Below, one piece after another: positions 52,740 to 64,000 of a stretch of 64,000 nucleotides of DNA. Source of the stretch: Fimbriosthenelais zetlandica (taxonomy: Eukaryota). Under the pieces are notes generated by a model. It was not told the origin of the DNA. It ran no database searches and was given only the letters and a program-made list of their open reading frames with translations. The stretch lies in assembly GCA_977030845.1 (NCBI GenBank), contig OZ365111.1, positions 40,176,001 through 40,240,000 of the forward strand. The letters run 5' to 3'. Position numbers and translations under genes: made by a program. How positions within the stretch are numbered: position 1 is the first letter of the stretch; every line of letters begins with the position of its first letter.

Positions 52740-52820
52740 GATAAGGTACATAAGACTGATAAGGTAGATAAGACTGATAAGACTATAAGACCGATAAGGT
52801 AGATAAGACTGATAAGGTAG
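52740..52820. repeat. 9-bp minisatellite GATAAG(GTA/ACT) x9
   Basis: Nine units, seven of which contain GATAAG. Confidence 0.9.
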
Positions 52821-53020
52821 AATGGTCTTGACCATTCTGAAGTAATAAATGAATTAATGAGCGACGGAGAAGAGGAAAATTTCAGATAAATTCATAATTT
52901 AAAACTTTTAAAAACCACAGAATGGATCAGCTTAATGTGTCTGATCAGTAGAATAATGCCGAAAACCTCCGCGGTTGGGGAGATTCTGGAAATATTACCA
53001 TTTGGTTTACCATGTCTAAT

Positions 53021-53360
53021 GGCTGTCCTCAGTGGCCGAGTGGTCAAGTGTGCTGGTAGTCTGATGTAAGTTTTAACAGACTCGTGGGTTCGAACCCCCA
53101 CAGCAGCCATGGTTGTGGTCCCGTCTGTAAGTTTCAAGTGAAAGACTGGTGAAGTCCCCCATGTTCTGATCATAGCATGATTTGCATGGGCCCGCGTCCT
53201 CCCGTAGAGGTAAAACGCTTGCAGCTAATGATGTGTGTATGGCCAAAGAGCAATTCGCCACATTGTTAGCTGGTTATCAAGTGTCTAGCCTCGCCAGGGA
53301 TATGGACGCAAGGGTGTATGGATCCGGTTGACTAAGACTATCTCACCAAAAAAAACATTT
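53021..53360 (+). mobile_element. tRNA-derived SINE-like element (Ser/Leu-type head)
   Basis: A-box TGGCCGAGTGG (53033-53043), B-box GGTTCGAACCC (53087-53097), GGCTG/CAGCC acceptor-like pairing, GTCTG/CAGAC internal hairpin. No canonical anticodon loop. A-rich stretch near 53350; the 3' boundary is uncertain. Confidence 0.65.
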
Positions 53361-53973
53361 CTTTGTATTTTTATCATTAAATTTTGTTTGGAGGGTGTAA
53401 GATGATAGATGGGAGATAGTGGTAGAAATATTTAATAACGCTACGAATAGGGTGACGGGTATTGGAAATTACTGAGGTGAGTGTGTGTGTGGTGGGGGCG
53501 GGTACATGTATGGAGAAGTATGGAAATATTTGTTATGAAACATGCCCCAAACACAGAGAGAGATATGGTGATGGTGCAAATGATAGTTGTAGATAAAATG
53601 TCCCCAAAAGGGTGACAGATAATATTCTGAAATATTTTATGAAAATTGCCCCAAATATGGGTATGCGAGAAATTAGTAAATTATTGAAAATATTCTATGA
53701 AACAAACCACAATTAGAAAGGAGATGATGAGATTCGGAGCGGATGAGAGACAGGGTTAAGGACAGAGGGGAGAGATGGCTGAAGGAAAGGGAAAGAATGT
53801 GCCCAGGAGAATATAAGAGACAGTGGAGAGCGTGGGGTTTGGGAGAGATAGTATAGGAGAAGGTATAAGGGAGGGTGAGGGTGGTATAGTGAATGGGAGA
53901 GTGGCTAAGTAAGACAGGGTGGGAGACTGGGAGAACTCAGAGAAGATGAGATAGTATAGTGAGAAAGACAGGC

Positions 53974-54040
<67 letters not shown>
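53974..54040. repeat. (AGAT)n tetranucleotide microsatellite, about 16.7 units
   Basis: Perfect repeat, preceded by a GA-rich low-complexity tract (about 53750-53970). Confidence 0.98.
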
Positions 54041-54440
54041 AGTGGGAAGGGTGAAATGAGGGGAATTCAATTTAAGTCATTTGTATATCTGTGTTGAGTT
54101 GTAATGCTATAAGGAATCACAAGGTGAAGTTTCTCTATTACCCGCCTCAACCAATGCTTTAGAACTAGGAAAGTAAAAAAATCTCCAATTGTGGTCAAGT
54201 GGGGGGTTCGAACGCCTACACTTGCTCGGAGAAAATTCTTAGGCTAGGGGAATCTTAGATTAGCTTTCTCGGAACACAGTCAGCTAGCGCCGGCATAATG
54301 AACATCAGTTGATCGGCCTCTAACAGATCTTAACAGGCCCGTCAGAAATCTCCCCACCTTGACAACTGCCGAGGCAAAGCAAGCATTCCCCGTAGCAAGC
54401 GTTTTAGAGTCGGTATACACCACAGAGGATTGAATAGCTA

Positions 54441-54475
54441 ACTTCAGAATGGTCAGGACCATTCTGAAGTAATAA
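54441..54475 (-). mobile_element. 13-bp perfect hairpin, probable Helentron/HINE-type terminus
   Basis: ACTTCAGAATGGT-cagg-ACCATTCTGAAGT followed by AATAA. A second, truncated copy is at 52819-52848. Classification is inferred from architecture only. Confidence 0.45.
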
Positions 54476-54687
54476 GAAAGACTCCACAGATCCCATGTCC
54501 AATCCCTGCCTTTGTCTTCCAATTCCTCCATTCCGACCACACTATAGGCACACCCAGGGGGCAATCTTTTTATTCTCAGAGGGCGGGATTTGATGAAAGA
54601 CAGTGTACTGGAATGGCGGCTTGATACAGTCCACATGGTTGTCCCACTGAAGGGTTTGGATTTATGACATTTATACTGGTATCATCA

Positions 54688-56370
54688 CAGTGGCGGATTT
54701 AGGGGGGGTGCGCGGGGGCGCGCGCACCCCCCTTTTCAAAATCAAGCTAGGGTTAGGCGGCTATTCTGCCTCATCTTAATTATTTAGTACAGAAGCTGTA
54801 AGTTCACCGTCCTAGCAGACCCATCCACTCTGGGGGAGGATGTCCCCTTGCACACCCCTGGTGACTGGGGTGTGGGGAGGCAATAGCCGGCTTGTTACGT
54901 AAGGCAAACAGCATAATAGGTGTGAATAGGGAAAGTTAGATAGTGGAGAAATGTGGGATAAAGTGGTCAGTTGGACTAAGCAGGAGCGTGCATATGTCTG
55001 CACCCCTGGCCTCTTTTAACATGTCATTCTCACTATGAAGATGGGCCGTAGGCCTAAGTCTTATTTTCACTTGAGCATGCATAAGGGATGGTTCAAGTAC
55101 GAAGTTTGTAGCTAGTCTGGGCCTAGTTCGAAACTCAAGGAACAACAAAAGCTTGCATACTTTGTTGCTTTAATTGTTGTATATTATAATTTTTGGTTAA
55201 CTTCGATGAGCCATTTTAACTGATTCTGAGCCAGTCTCACTCATGGGGGCGGGGGTGTCTTTGCCGGAAAAATTACGGGCATGTGCCGCCCAGGTGTCCA
55301 AATGGTGACCGAAAAGTTTGCCTCGTAGACGGGTAAAATACCACCCAACAGTGTAAGTTCCCCTATTGTGCCTATTACCAATACCCATCTCTGCTTCCAA
55401 TTAGACTTTTATTGGGGGCCGTGGCTCGGTTTCCCAACTGTTTTAAGAGGCAATCCAAAGTCAAAAACGGATTTTAATTAACACATGTGGTTATTGTGTA
55501 AGAGACGGTACCTAAGGTGACTACACATCGCTAAATCCAGTCCACCCCAGATGACATTTTATAAGGGGTCAATGAAATCTAAAGGATGGCACGTTCCTAG
55601 TGACCATCATACTTCATAGGGGAAGAAGCGCACCCCCCCCCCCCACCCCTGATCCACTTTCGACCGGGGTCATATAGGAAAATAACAGAATACCAATAAA
55701 TAATTTTTAAAAATTCAAAAATCATTTAAAATCTTAGTACTTCTTATTTCGAATTATTCTTTTGTATAGTTTTGTTTTGCTAAATATTGTCTTTATACTT
55801 AGATTCAAATATAAAGTAATTTAATTGTGATTGTAATGTCCTGTTAAATTTCCCTTTCCAATTAATGTCCAGTAAGGTCACCCCCGCCAGGGCTTCATTC
55901 AGAGGGGGGGGGGGATATCCCCCTCATCAACCTGCCGAGTAATATTTTTTCAATAACAATTTTTAAGAACTATATTTGAGCGTAAATATTTGAGCCAGAA
56001 TGGCGAATAGTTTTTCACCCCTAGCCTAGAGCAGGCTCCATGTAAAATATCTCTACTGAAGTTGTTCATTTAAGACCTTATTTTACGTCCCAAAATGCAC
56101 CAAATTACAGCTTAAATTCCAAAATTTTCCGGGGGGGGCATGCCCCCGGACCCCCCTAGCAATGCTTTGGGCCTCCGGCCCTCGCAAACGAGTCCTTTTG
56201 GCGCTCAGATTTTTGTTATAGTTTATTAGCGTTGAAAGTAAATCTGTATAATATTTTGCCGGACAAAACTATAATTTTCACTATAGGGTTAGGAGCCCAA
56301 AATTATCCCCCCCCCCTGGTGGAAACCCTGCCCGCGCACCCCCCTTTTGGAAATCCTGCATCCGCCCCTG
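54688..56370. mobile_element. 1683-bp composite non-autonomous DNA transposon, CAG...CTG termini, 5-bp TSD CATCA
   Basis: TIR CAGTGGCGGATTTAGG vs CAGGGGCGGATGCAGG (13/16). Exact CATCA at 54683-54687 and 56371-56375. Subterminal GCGCACCCCCC(C)TTTT at both ends. No ORF. Confidence 0.8.
55888..56330. mobile_element. 443-bp MITE nested in the previous element, CAG...CTG termini, 5-bp TSD CCCGC
   Basis: TIR CAGGGCTTCATTCAGAGGGG vs CAGGGTTTCCACCAGGGGGG (15/20). Exact CCCGC at 55883-55887 and 56331-56335. Confidence 0.8.
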
Positions 56371-57169
56371 CATCAGTCTTGCTGCTTTTGACATCCCAAT
56401 GGGAGATGACTGTCGCTGTTCTATCCACACAGGCAGACGCGCGTCATATCTACCATTAATGATAATGAGCATGTCATGTCACTCAGGTAACCTAGCAACG
56501 GCAGCTATAGTCATTGATGGAACAACATACCATGCTCATTATCGCCTGCAGGACAATGTAAAGGATTTGCTATATGAGAATCTACACTCTGGCCTTACCA
56601 GAACGTTTGCAATTCATTATTAACAACGTAATATTTAGCCTGGATAGAAGCTGCGATGTCGCGTCAGATAATAATATGGTATTCTCATCTCTGTTGGCAC
56701 TGACATAAAACATTCCTTTTTCTGTGCATGAATTGTCCTTTTGGAGATACGTTTCTGCGGAATACATTTTTTTTGGGTTGTGACCCTTATGTAGTCCTGT
56801 GGTTTGCCTCAGAGATGAAAACCTGACATGGCTTCCAAAGCACAAGAACGTGTCACTACTGCAGGACTGTAAAACCTTCAACGACATAGCCTCCTCTGAT
56901 ACTAATGTACACCTATGGGATGTGGGCGAGGTTTATTTTTTTGTCATCTCGCATTTCATCAGACCAATTGGTGTATAGATCCCGGTGAATCACAGCCAAT
57001 ATTTACCATCCCAGCTGTCCAATGATCGGCCCATAAAGCCCGCCACCACCCAGCCACCAGTCTAGAATATAACATACAATTATATATAACAGTAAACCAG
57101 TCATTTGACCTGTAATCCTCTATGGATCAATGTCTGATGGAGAAGAACCAGACACCTTAACTTCAAGGT

Positions 57170-57450
57170 GCTTGGTGGAGGAGCTGGCGAGCCCCCAACG
57201 GTACGGACGCACCTGTGTGATCTATTTACAAGAGGGATCAAGCATCTGGATCCCACAAGCCTTGCCTCCAGGCATTTGCCGCTTCCCACGGGTACCACAA
57301 AGCGGCGCCAAATCAGCACCCGCCTCCTCCGGCTGAGGATGGCCATTGCCAATGGCTGTGGAGCCAGGCCCAGGAGGACCGAAAGCTCCTCCCAGCACCA
57401 GTTGGGCTCCTGGCTTTGATTGCCCTTTTGGGAGTGCAAAGGGCAATATA
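57170..57450 (+). mobile_element. Possible RTE-clade LINE 3' remnant
   Basis: GC-rich segment. Frame-shifted fragments PTGTTKRR and WLWSQAQEDRK resemble PxGKRxRGRP and W...AQDRxxW. Confidence 0.25.
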
Positions 57451-60400
57451 ACAGTCGATGTGAAGTATTTGAATAATAGAGCTGTTCCTTGCTAAGCAAA
57501 CAGCTGTGGGCCAGAGCTGCAGCGCCCAAGCTTTTCCCGGTGTGACCCTGGTTAATTGTTGTTCCTCGTACCTCATAAACACCCGGGGATTGTTTACAGC
57601 CATAAAACCATGATTTGCGAGTAAAGGGAAAGTCACTTGGGGATCTGAATAAGTAAGCAAAAGAATCCCAAATTGAAATGGAAAGGTCTTTTGGAGAATC
57701 AATGAGGCAAGGCAATTGTGCTTGCTCGTCAATATAGTACAGTGCAAAAGCTATCCGATTGGTTTGTGAACCCATTGAGCTGGTGCAGATTGCCTAATAA
57801 AGAGGTTGATAATCACTTGGCTTCACCCAAAGGGGTCTTGTGAGTCCCCCCTCTACTTAAGACCATAAACTCCCCATGGCATATTAGCACAAAACATAGG
57901 CTTTGAATTGCTCATCAAAGCAACAGCCTGTGCGCCCTTAAAGAGCTTCGGAGTGGGCTTGGCCATAGAGTGGGGGTCAATCTCATCTCATCGTATCATA
58001 TAACCTCTTGCCCCTGGAATCACCGATGTGCCGGGACACCCAGAGGGCCTCATATATGGCGCCTAAAATCGCAGGCATCCCACCATCTCTTTTACTCTTA
58101 TATACATTGATGGATAGGGGTACTTATTGGCACGCTTACATTGCTAAGTTCAATCATAATTCATCACTTATGTGTGATGATGTGATATACAGGTGGTAGG
58201 GTGGGGTGACAGTGTTTGTAATTTGGTCTATTCCACATCAAACGGGATCTGGCACGCATTCCCGTTGCTTGCATGATATCAAAGTTTGTCGGCTTTTGTA
58301 ATCTCTCAAACAAGTGCATGGAACAGTGGAACCGATTGCTCTCTGCTGTGTTTTGTAGAACGTAAATTTATCCACCATTCTGCCATCTATTTCAAAATCA
58401 TGTAACCTATTATAATAGTGATGAAAAGGATGCTATAGCAGCCAATATGTCAAAAACCACAGGTGACCACCTGTGCACAGATGCTTAATAATTGGTTTGG
58501 ATAGGAACCATGGGGGCGGCTCTATTGTGAATGCTAACTTGAGTAATCACCATGAAACTCAGTGATCCATTGTGGAGATGAGCCAGCGGACAAATCCACA
58601 TACATTTTACAATTGTAAATTGAATGGCGGCACGTTGCAATTTTTCATATACTAACAATACAACTATCAGAGTGCATGAATTATATGGACAAACTAATAC
58701 TTAAAATCTATAAGTTGCAAAAGCGGCATGCATTATATGACTAACCACAAATTTATGATCAGCAAAAAGAGTGATATTTTTACCAATAAAATTCAGGTAT
58801 TTATATCAATGGATCATATGTATGCAGCTGAATGCGGGTCTGTTGCTGTGCACAACAAATGGCTACAGCCCAGTTAATTCCCTGCACGTCCATGTACATA
58901 TAAACTCCAACATTTCCACTGTCCCTTCCCAACATTACAAAAAAAGCAAATGTCATCAGGAAATATTCTTTTTATACACGTGGTTGGCAAATATCTGCCA
59001 TGGACTTTAGGCGCTCCATCCTTCCTGCTACGTGGAATTATTCATTGGAGCCTTCTCAGTCTAGCATTCTAAAACAGGCCCCTACAGCAACGGGTGCTCA
59101 CACATATATGGTGTTTCTTCATTCCAATGAAATAGAAGCTTTGCTACGTGATGTGTAACGGGATATTATTTTGCTTGAGTTCTATTTTTCTCTATATTGG
59201 GAGTATTGTGGCGACCAAAGCATGTAAAAAATTATTTTCTAAAGGCATTTGTTATATGGACAATTGAAGCATTTTTTTATATCGGAGTATACAACTATTG
59301 ATGTCAAATAGACAAATTTTATAAAATAACTCACTGGTAGCAGACCTGTATTATAGTCTTTTCTTATAGCTGAGCATCATTGGCTTTTCAGAGTAAACAA
59401 AAGGCAAAGTCAAGTCCACATCATGGACGTAGGAAGATTTCATTTCCTCTGCATGACCTTCCCATCCCCGCAGATTGAAATACAAGAGGGAGAAGCAACT
59501 GCAGTATTAATCGTGTGGGTGGCCATGTGGTCGTACATTTTACATGTACTAGGCGGGGCTAAGTAAGAGAAAGGTGGGACGCTTATGTTGCTCATTCATC
59601 CCATCTTATCTTGGGGTTTCCATCATGTAGAAAACAGTTTATCAGCTCAGATGTACAATCGTCCATATGTTCATCTGGCACATGGCTGGGTAAGGCAGTA
59701 GAATGAAATGGTAATTAACGTATATATGTAGGCATGCATACGGATAATCAAAGCTGTTAGTGTGGCTTATATTGTTGTAAGGAACACACACGTATAGATC
59801 CACTTTGTCCGGCATGGCATATTGCCTGTGAGGCGTATGGGGATTGTTTTAATCGCCTTATGCTGGGAAATGACTGCATATTCTATACCTGTATAGGGGT
59901 GGTCAATACTTGCTGCATTTATTACCTCTTAGCTATATAAGGAAATTCGAGCGAGGAATTACCTAATGCAATTACATAATGCACCACCGGCACAGGTCAT
60001 TATGGTTGTGAAACTAGTGAGATGTCGATGATTTGCCAGGTGCATTCGATGCATTGCATATAATATTACCACTAGTAATATCACTCCCTGTATCATCCTG
60101 TTTCATATATGATGCTAAGCTTTGATAACTGCCAAAAGTCGATGGGTTATTTTCCATGAAATATTAATTGATATATCAGGTATAACATAACACATACTGT
60201 TGCAGTTGATATAGTGCCAATGGCATCTTCAATGAACAGGTAGTTTTTTACGGCAGGGGAATTAAAGGATTATGCAAGGGCTACTGGTTAAAAAAAATAC
60301 CAGCACTGCTAATCACTGTTTGGTTTTATCTCTGGTTTTTGGCTGGGGAAAATAATGAACTCAGCCTCGAGGATAACATCCTTAAAAAAAATAGCTCACC

Positions 60401-62005
60401 ACTTTCAGTGTGCTGCCATTACGTCTGTATTTTCTCCAAATACCTTGTGGGGATAGGACTGCCCAAAAAGGCCGGACTGAATTAAGATGCCATAACACGA
60501 CGACAAGCTCCGATCCTACTTTATTCATACTTTCTTATAGAAGTGATTATTTTTGCCAAAAGATCTGCCACGGGGCACTAGAACATGGCGGGCTTTTTCC
60601 ATGGACACTTTGGCCGAGCTGAATCACCAATCAAAGGAGGCACTAATTGAATTTCGGGTTAATTAAGAAAAGTACAAAGCAGTCATGCAAGAGTCCCAGA
60701 GGGTGGCGTTATTGTTGGAGGAAGACAAGTGGTACTTGGCCTAACTGGGCTGGTTTGGATGATTTGTCTTCTTCAAGTCAGATCTCCTGACACAGTCAGA
60801 AATCTCCTGGATTGCTCACCTCGTATCCGAATCTTTCAACGGAGCACTCAGGCGTCAGTACCAAAGACTTAGACCATTGTTTTCAAGGAGGAACTTCCAG
60901 AGGTGGCCCTTTTCTTGTTCTCATTAAGAAAGGGAGGCAAATGGGAGAATTTGAAGTGGTGGGTCTTGAGAAAATCGGCGTCGTTTGACTTGTTTTAGGG
61001 GGAAAAAAGGTTCCAAAGACACGCGGGTGTGCATTCGTGCAGCTTAATACAAATGGCAGCTTTTCCAATGGATGGAGGCCCCACTAAACGCTGCTTCTTG
61101 TTCAGTGATAAAAACAGCCCCGAGGCCCGATCCACGGGTGCCATGGCTTTTTTTTCACGTCATCGTAGGCATTTAGAGGAGATCTAAGCATAGGAGACAT
61201 GCAAGTTAGTTTTATGGTAATGATGGGCCTGGGATTTATTGCTACGGGCAAGGCCGGTGGTCCACAAATATGGCCAAACACCAGAAAATTGAAGAACATT
61301 CCAAGCAGTGCGATGCCATGCTATGCATGTCGAGGTTGAATCACTCGATCGGTTTAATCGCAGGGGGCGATCATCATAATTATTCCAAATTGTTTGAATG
61401 TTTGAACTATCTCGCCTATAGGTGGAATAAAACAGCAGACACTATATATTATTTTTCAGAACGATAAATCCATATAAAATATTACTTCCCTGTGAAGATG
61501 GATTGTGTGATTGATTTCAGTCTTAGTATAGTCCATAGTATATATCTATTTATATTGACAGATTAATACACAAAGGACGCAGACAGACTCAAACATAAAT
61601 CTGCTGCATCATAATATCATTACTCTATCTATAGTCGAGCTTCGCATGGGAATAGGATTTAATACGTGCAAATCATCAATGATTCATGTCGGTTGCGTCT
61701 AAATAGCTTTGCATGCCCTGAAAGCAGAGTTCAGGCAAAACATATTTAGAGACCATCTAGTGTCTCGCTATAGTACACAGAATATTGACCTGTGTATATA
61801 ATTATTCCCCTAGAGTAGTGCCCTGGTCGCAATATAATTTTGCCACTGTGTCTTCGTACACTGAAGACCGACAAAGCAGTGGGATAGGGATTTTCAGTGA
61901 TAGTTTCCAGATGTACTGGGGTCGTAAGTGCCTAAGACAATTCTTATTATGTTGATAGGTTGCTAAAGAAGCCCTTCAGAGTGTTTTAGGGTTTTTGCAG
62001 TCTAA

Positions 62006-62212
62006 AGCCAGGAATACACTAATCCGTTTCTCTATCCGGAGCCATCCGATAGCTGTCCGAAACTATATTTCTATTCGCACCAAATGCTTGCGAATTTGAA
62101 CAGTCCTTTACACCTAGGTAAGGCTAACCACTGACTGACTGATGTCATCAGAAATAGGGTACCGGTACCGTATGGCGACGGATGGGAGAATCGGATTAGT
62201 GTATTCCCGGCT
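62006..62212. mobile_element. 207-bp MITE, PIF/Harbinger-like, with TAA target-site duplication
   Basis: TAA|AGCCAGGAATACACTAATCCG...CGGATTAGTGTATTCCCGGCT|TAA. 27-bp TIR with 2 mismatches and direct TAA on both sides. Confidence 0.9.
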
Positions 62213-63949
62213 TAAGTGTGGACTCAGTGAAGGGTGAAGTCAAATGAATGGAGACCAAAATTGAATACCTTTCAAGTCCTTTTAAAAGTGTTTAAGGGAC
62301 TTTTAGAGGTGCTTTATGACCTTAAGGATCCAATTGATGCATTTGAGCACCTTGTTATGGTAATAGAACATCACTGCAGTGCACTTGGCAGAGATATTCA
62401 TGGGCCTGTTATTTAAGGTAGACTTTTGAGCTTTAGCCATAGAGGGAATGAAGCATATATATATCATAACATATCATAGTCAAAACCCTTCCAGACTACA
62501 TGAATTTTAGATCTGGACTAGCATTGTTATCACCCTGGTAAATTCTCTGTGTGAATGTAATGCCCTGCCATCTCCATAGTCAAGATTCCATATGCTTGCA
62601 GGGGGAAACCAAAGATAAGACAACGGAGTCAATCCAGTGTTAGACAGTGCTTGAGAGTCTATATAGGTCTATGGGAAGTGTCAAGATAAGCGTAAAGTGG
62701 CAGGCACTTCCTTCAAGCCATTGGCATTGATTAAAAAGATCTGTGAGCAGAAGGTATATAGATTTGTCCTAAAGGAACTGGCAACCCAGGCACTCACACA
62801 GCATCGCTTTCCAGCAATAAAGTTAAGCTAATTTCATTGTCTATCCTTCCCCCAGTCGGAATGGAAGAAAAACAAATGGCTGCAGATGTATGCCAACCCG
62901 ATTTTGCTTGTACACGAAAGGGTAAGATTACATGGGTGTGGAAACTCTGTTTACTACATAACAAAATTATTAGCTTTCCCGTTTTGCCTCTTAATTCAAT
63001 TATGGTCATAGATGAAGTAAAGTGTTTCCATAAGACAATTATCACTTAAGTAAGTCATGTTAAAATTTACTTGAACACTAAGAAAGTCACACTTGAACTT
63101 TATTCTTAAATTGCTTTGTAAATTGAATTACACAATTTTTAGCTTCTGCACTATGTTCTACTTTGCTAGAAAGACAATCAAATGTTTGCCAGTGAGAGGA
63201 ATTTGGAGAGATGGATATACATGTATGTATCTCTTTGCCAAGTGGATTCCATATAGTCAAATGTAAGTGCAAGCGACGCAATTTCTGGCTTCGGTGAAAA
63301 ACACATTGATTCTATGATGGGGAAGGACTTGGCAGAAGGGTCCTGGGAGCGGAGTTGAAACATAAACATGAGTAAGGGCAGAGGGAGCATTGGGTACATG
63401 AGAAAAAAAGGCTCGGGAAGGAGGCATGAAGATTACCGGAAATAGACCATTGCACAAAACCTACCAGTGGAATTTCTATTCGATATTTCCACCAATATTG
63501 AAACGGCCCGGCCTTTATAATTGAAATCTCCTGCTCTATAACAGCACCCGAGGTTTTGCAAAAACAGGGAGAGGTGTAGAAAAACATCAGTTTGAATCTG
63601 AAGATGAAAGATTGAAATTGAGAATGACAGACCCCTTGGTGCCTGTAAGCTCCAATAACCAAGCTTCAATTTATATACGACTAAAACATTTTTCACCTTT
63701 TTTATAATTCCAATTTGGCCTAATGCATAGATCTACATAAAAACCCATATAAATGGGCTCTGAAAAAAAAATTGGGCTCCACCCAAATGTGGCTTGGTAA
63801 TGGAACACCATAATGCGCTTTAAGGGTATATGGAAAGATATGAGTGCCAGAAAAAAATGAAAGCTCGACGAAACACCTATAACTGTCAGGGGAGCTGATG
63901 CCAGTGGAAACAAGTTCAGTGAATCTGTGATGGATACAACTGCGAGAGG

Positions 63950-63995
63950 CACCAATCCTCGCCATCTCGCGAGAATTCGCGATGGTCACGTGCTG
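63950..63995. promoter_or_regulatory. CpG-rich motif cluster: CCAAT, TCTCGCGAGA, second TCGCGA, GTCACGTG
   Basis: CCAAT 63952-63956, TCTCGCGAGA 63965-63974, TCGCGA 63977-63982, CACGTG 63987-63992. At the window edge, so context is missing; could also be a transposon interior. Confidence 0.35.
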
Positions 63996-64000
63996 CATGT

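Noticed and set aside
53756-54070. 104-aa ORF with YLSI repeats
   Set aside because: Translation of the (AGAT)n microsatellite and the GA-rich tract.
54686-54692. CACAGTG RSS heptamer at the left end of the composite element
   Set aside because: No nonamer at 12 or 23 bp and no CACTGTG at the right end. It arises from the TSD's final CA plus the CAGTG terminus.
1-64000. CRISPR arrays, operons, rRNA or intact tRNA genes
   Set aside because: No repeat-spacer structure and no gene-dense prokaryotic organisation. The tRNA-like segments lack canonical anticodon arms. The remaining 60-130 aa ORFs are at the background level expected for non-coding DNA.

Overview
Animal (metazoan, probably invertebrate) genomic DNA, about 40% GC, almost entirely non-coding. 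The one recognisable protein-coding feature is the first coding exon of an alpha-neurexin gene on the minus strand (33812->33059: signal peptide + LNS/LamG1 + EGF1, ending at a phase-1 GTAAGT donor). I recognised no downstream neurexin exon (LNS2) in the 33 kb that follow, so that stretch is probably a very long intron. It contains several candidate mini-exons at the position equivalent to vertebrate splice site SS1. Upstream lie a putative uATG-rich 5'UTR and a candidate promoter near 37.9 kb. The rest is transposon landscape: PIF/Harbinger-type MITEs (TWA and CWG target types), a decayed Penelope-like retroelement with a degenerate hammerhead-like motif, two nested CAG...CTG elements each flanked by an exact 5-bp target duplication, tRNA-derived SINE-like heads, a Helentron-like hairpin end, LINE remnants and local duplications. 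There are no rRNA, intact tRNA, CRISPR or prokaryotic operon features. All calls were made by eye; no database search was run, and no previously undescribed system is demonstrated, only testable candidates.
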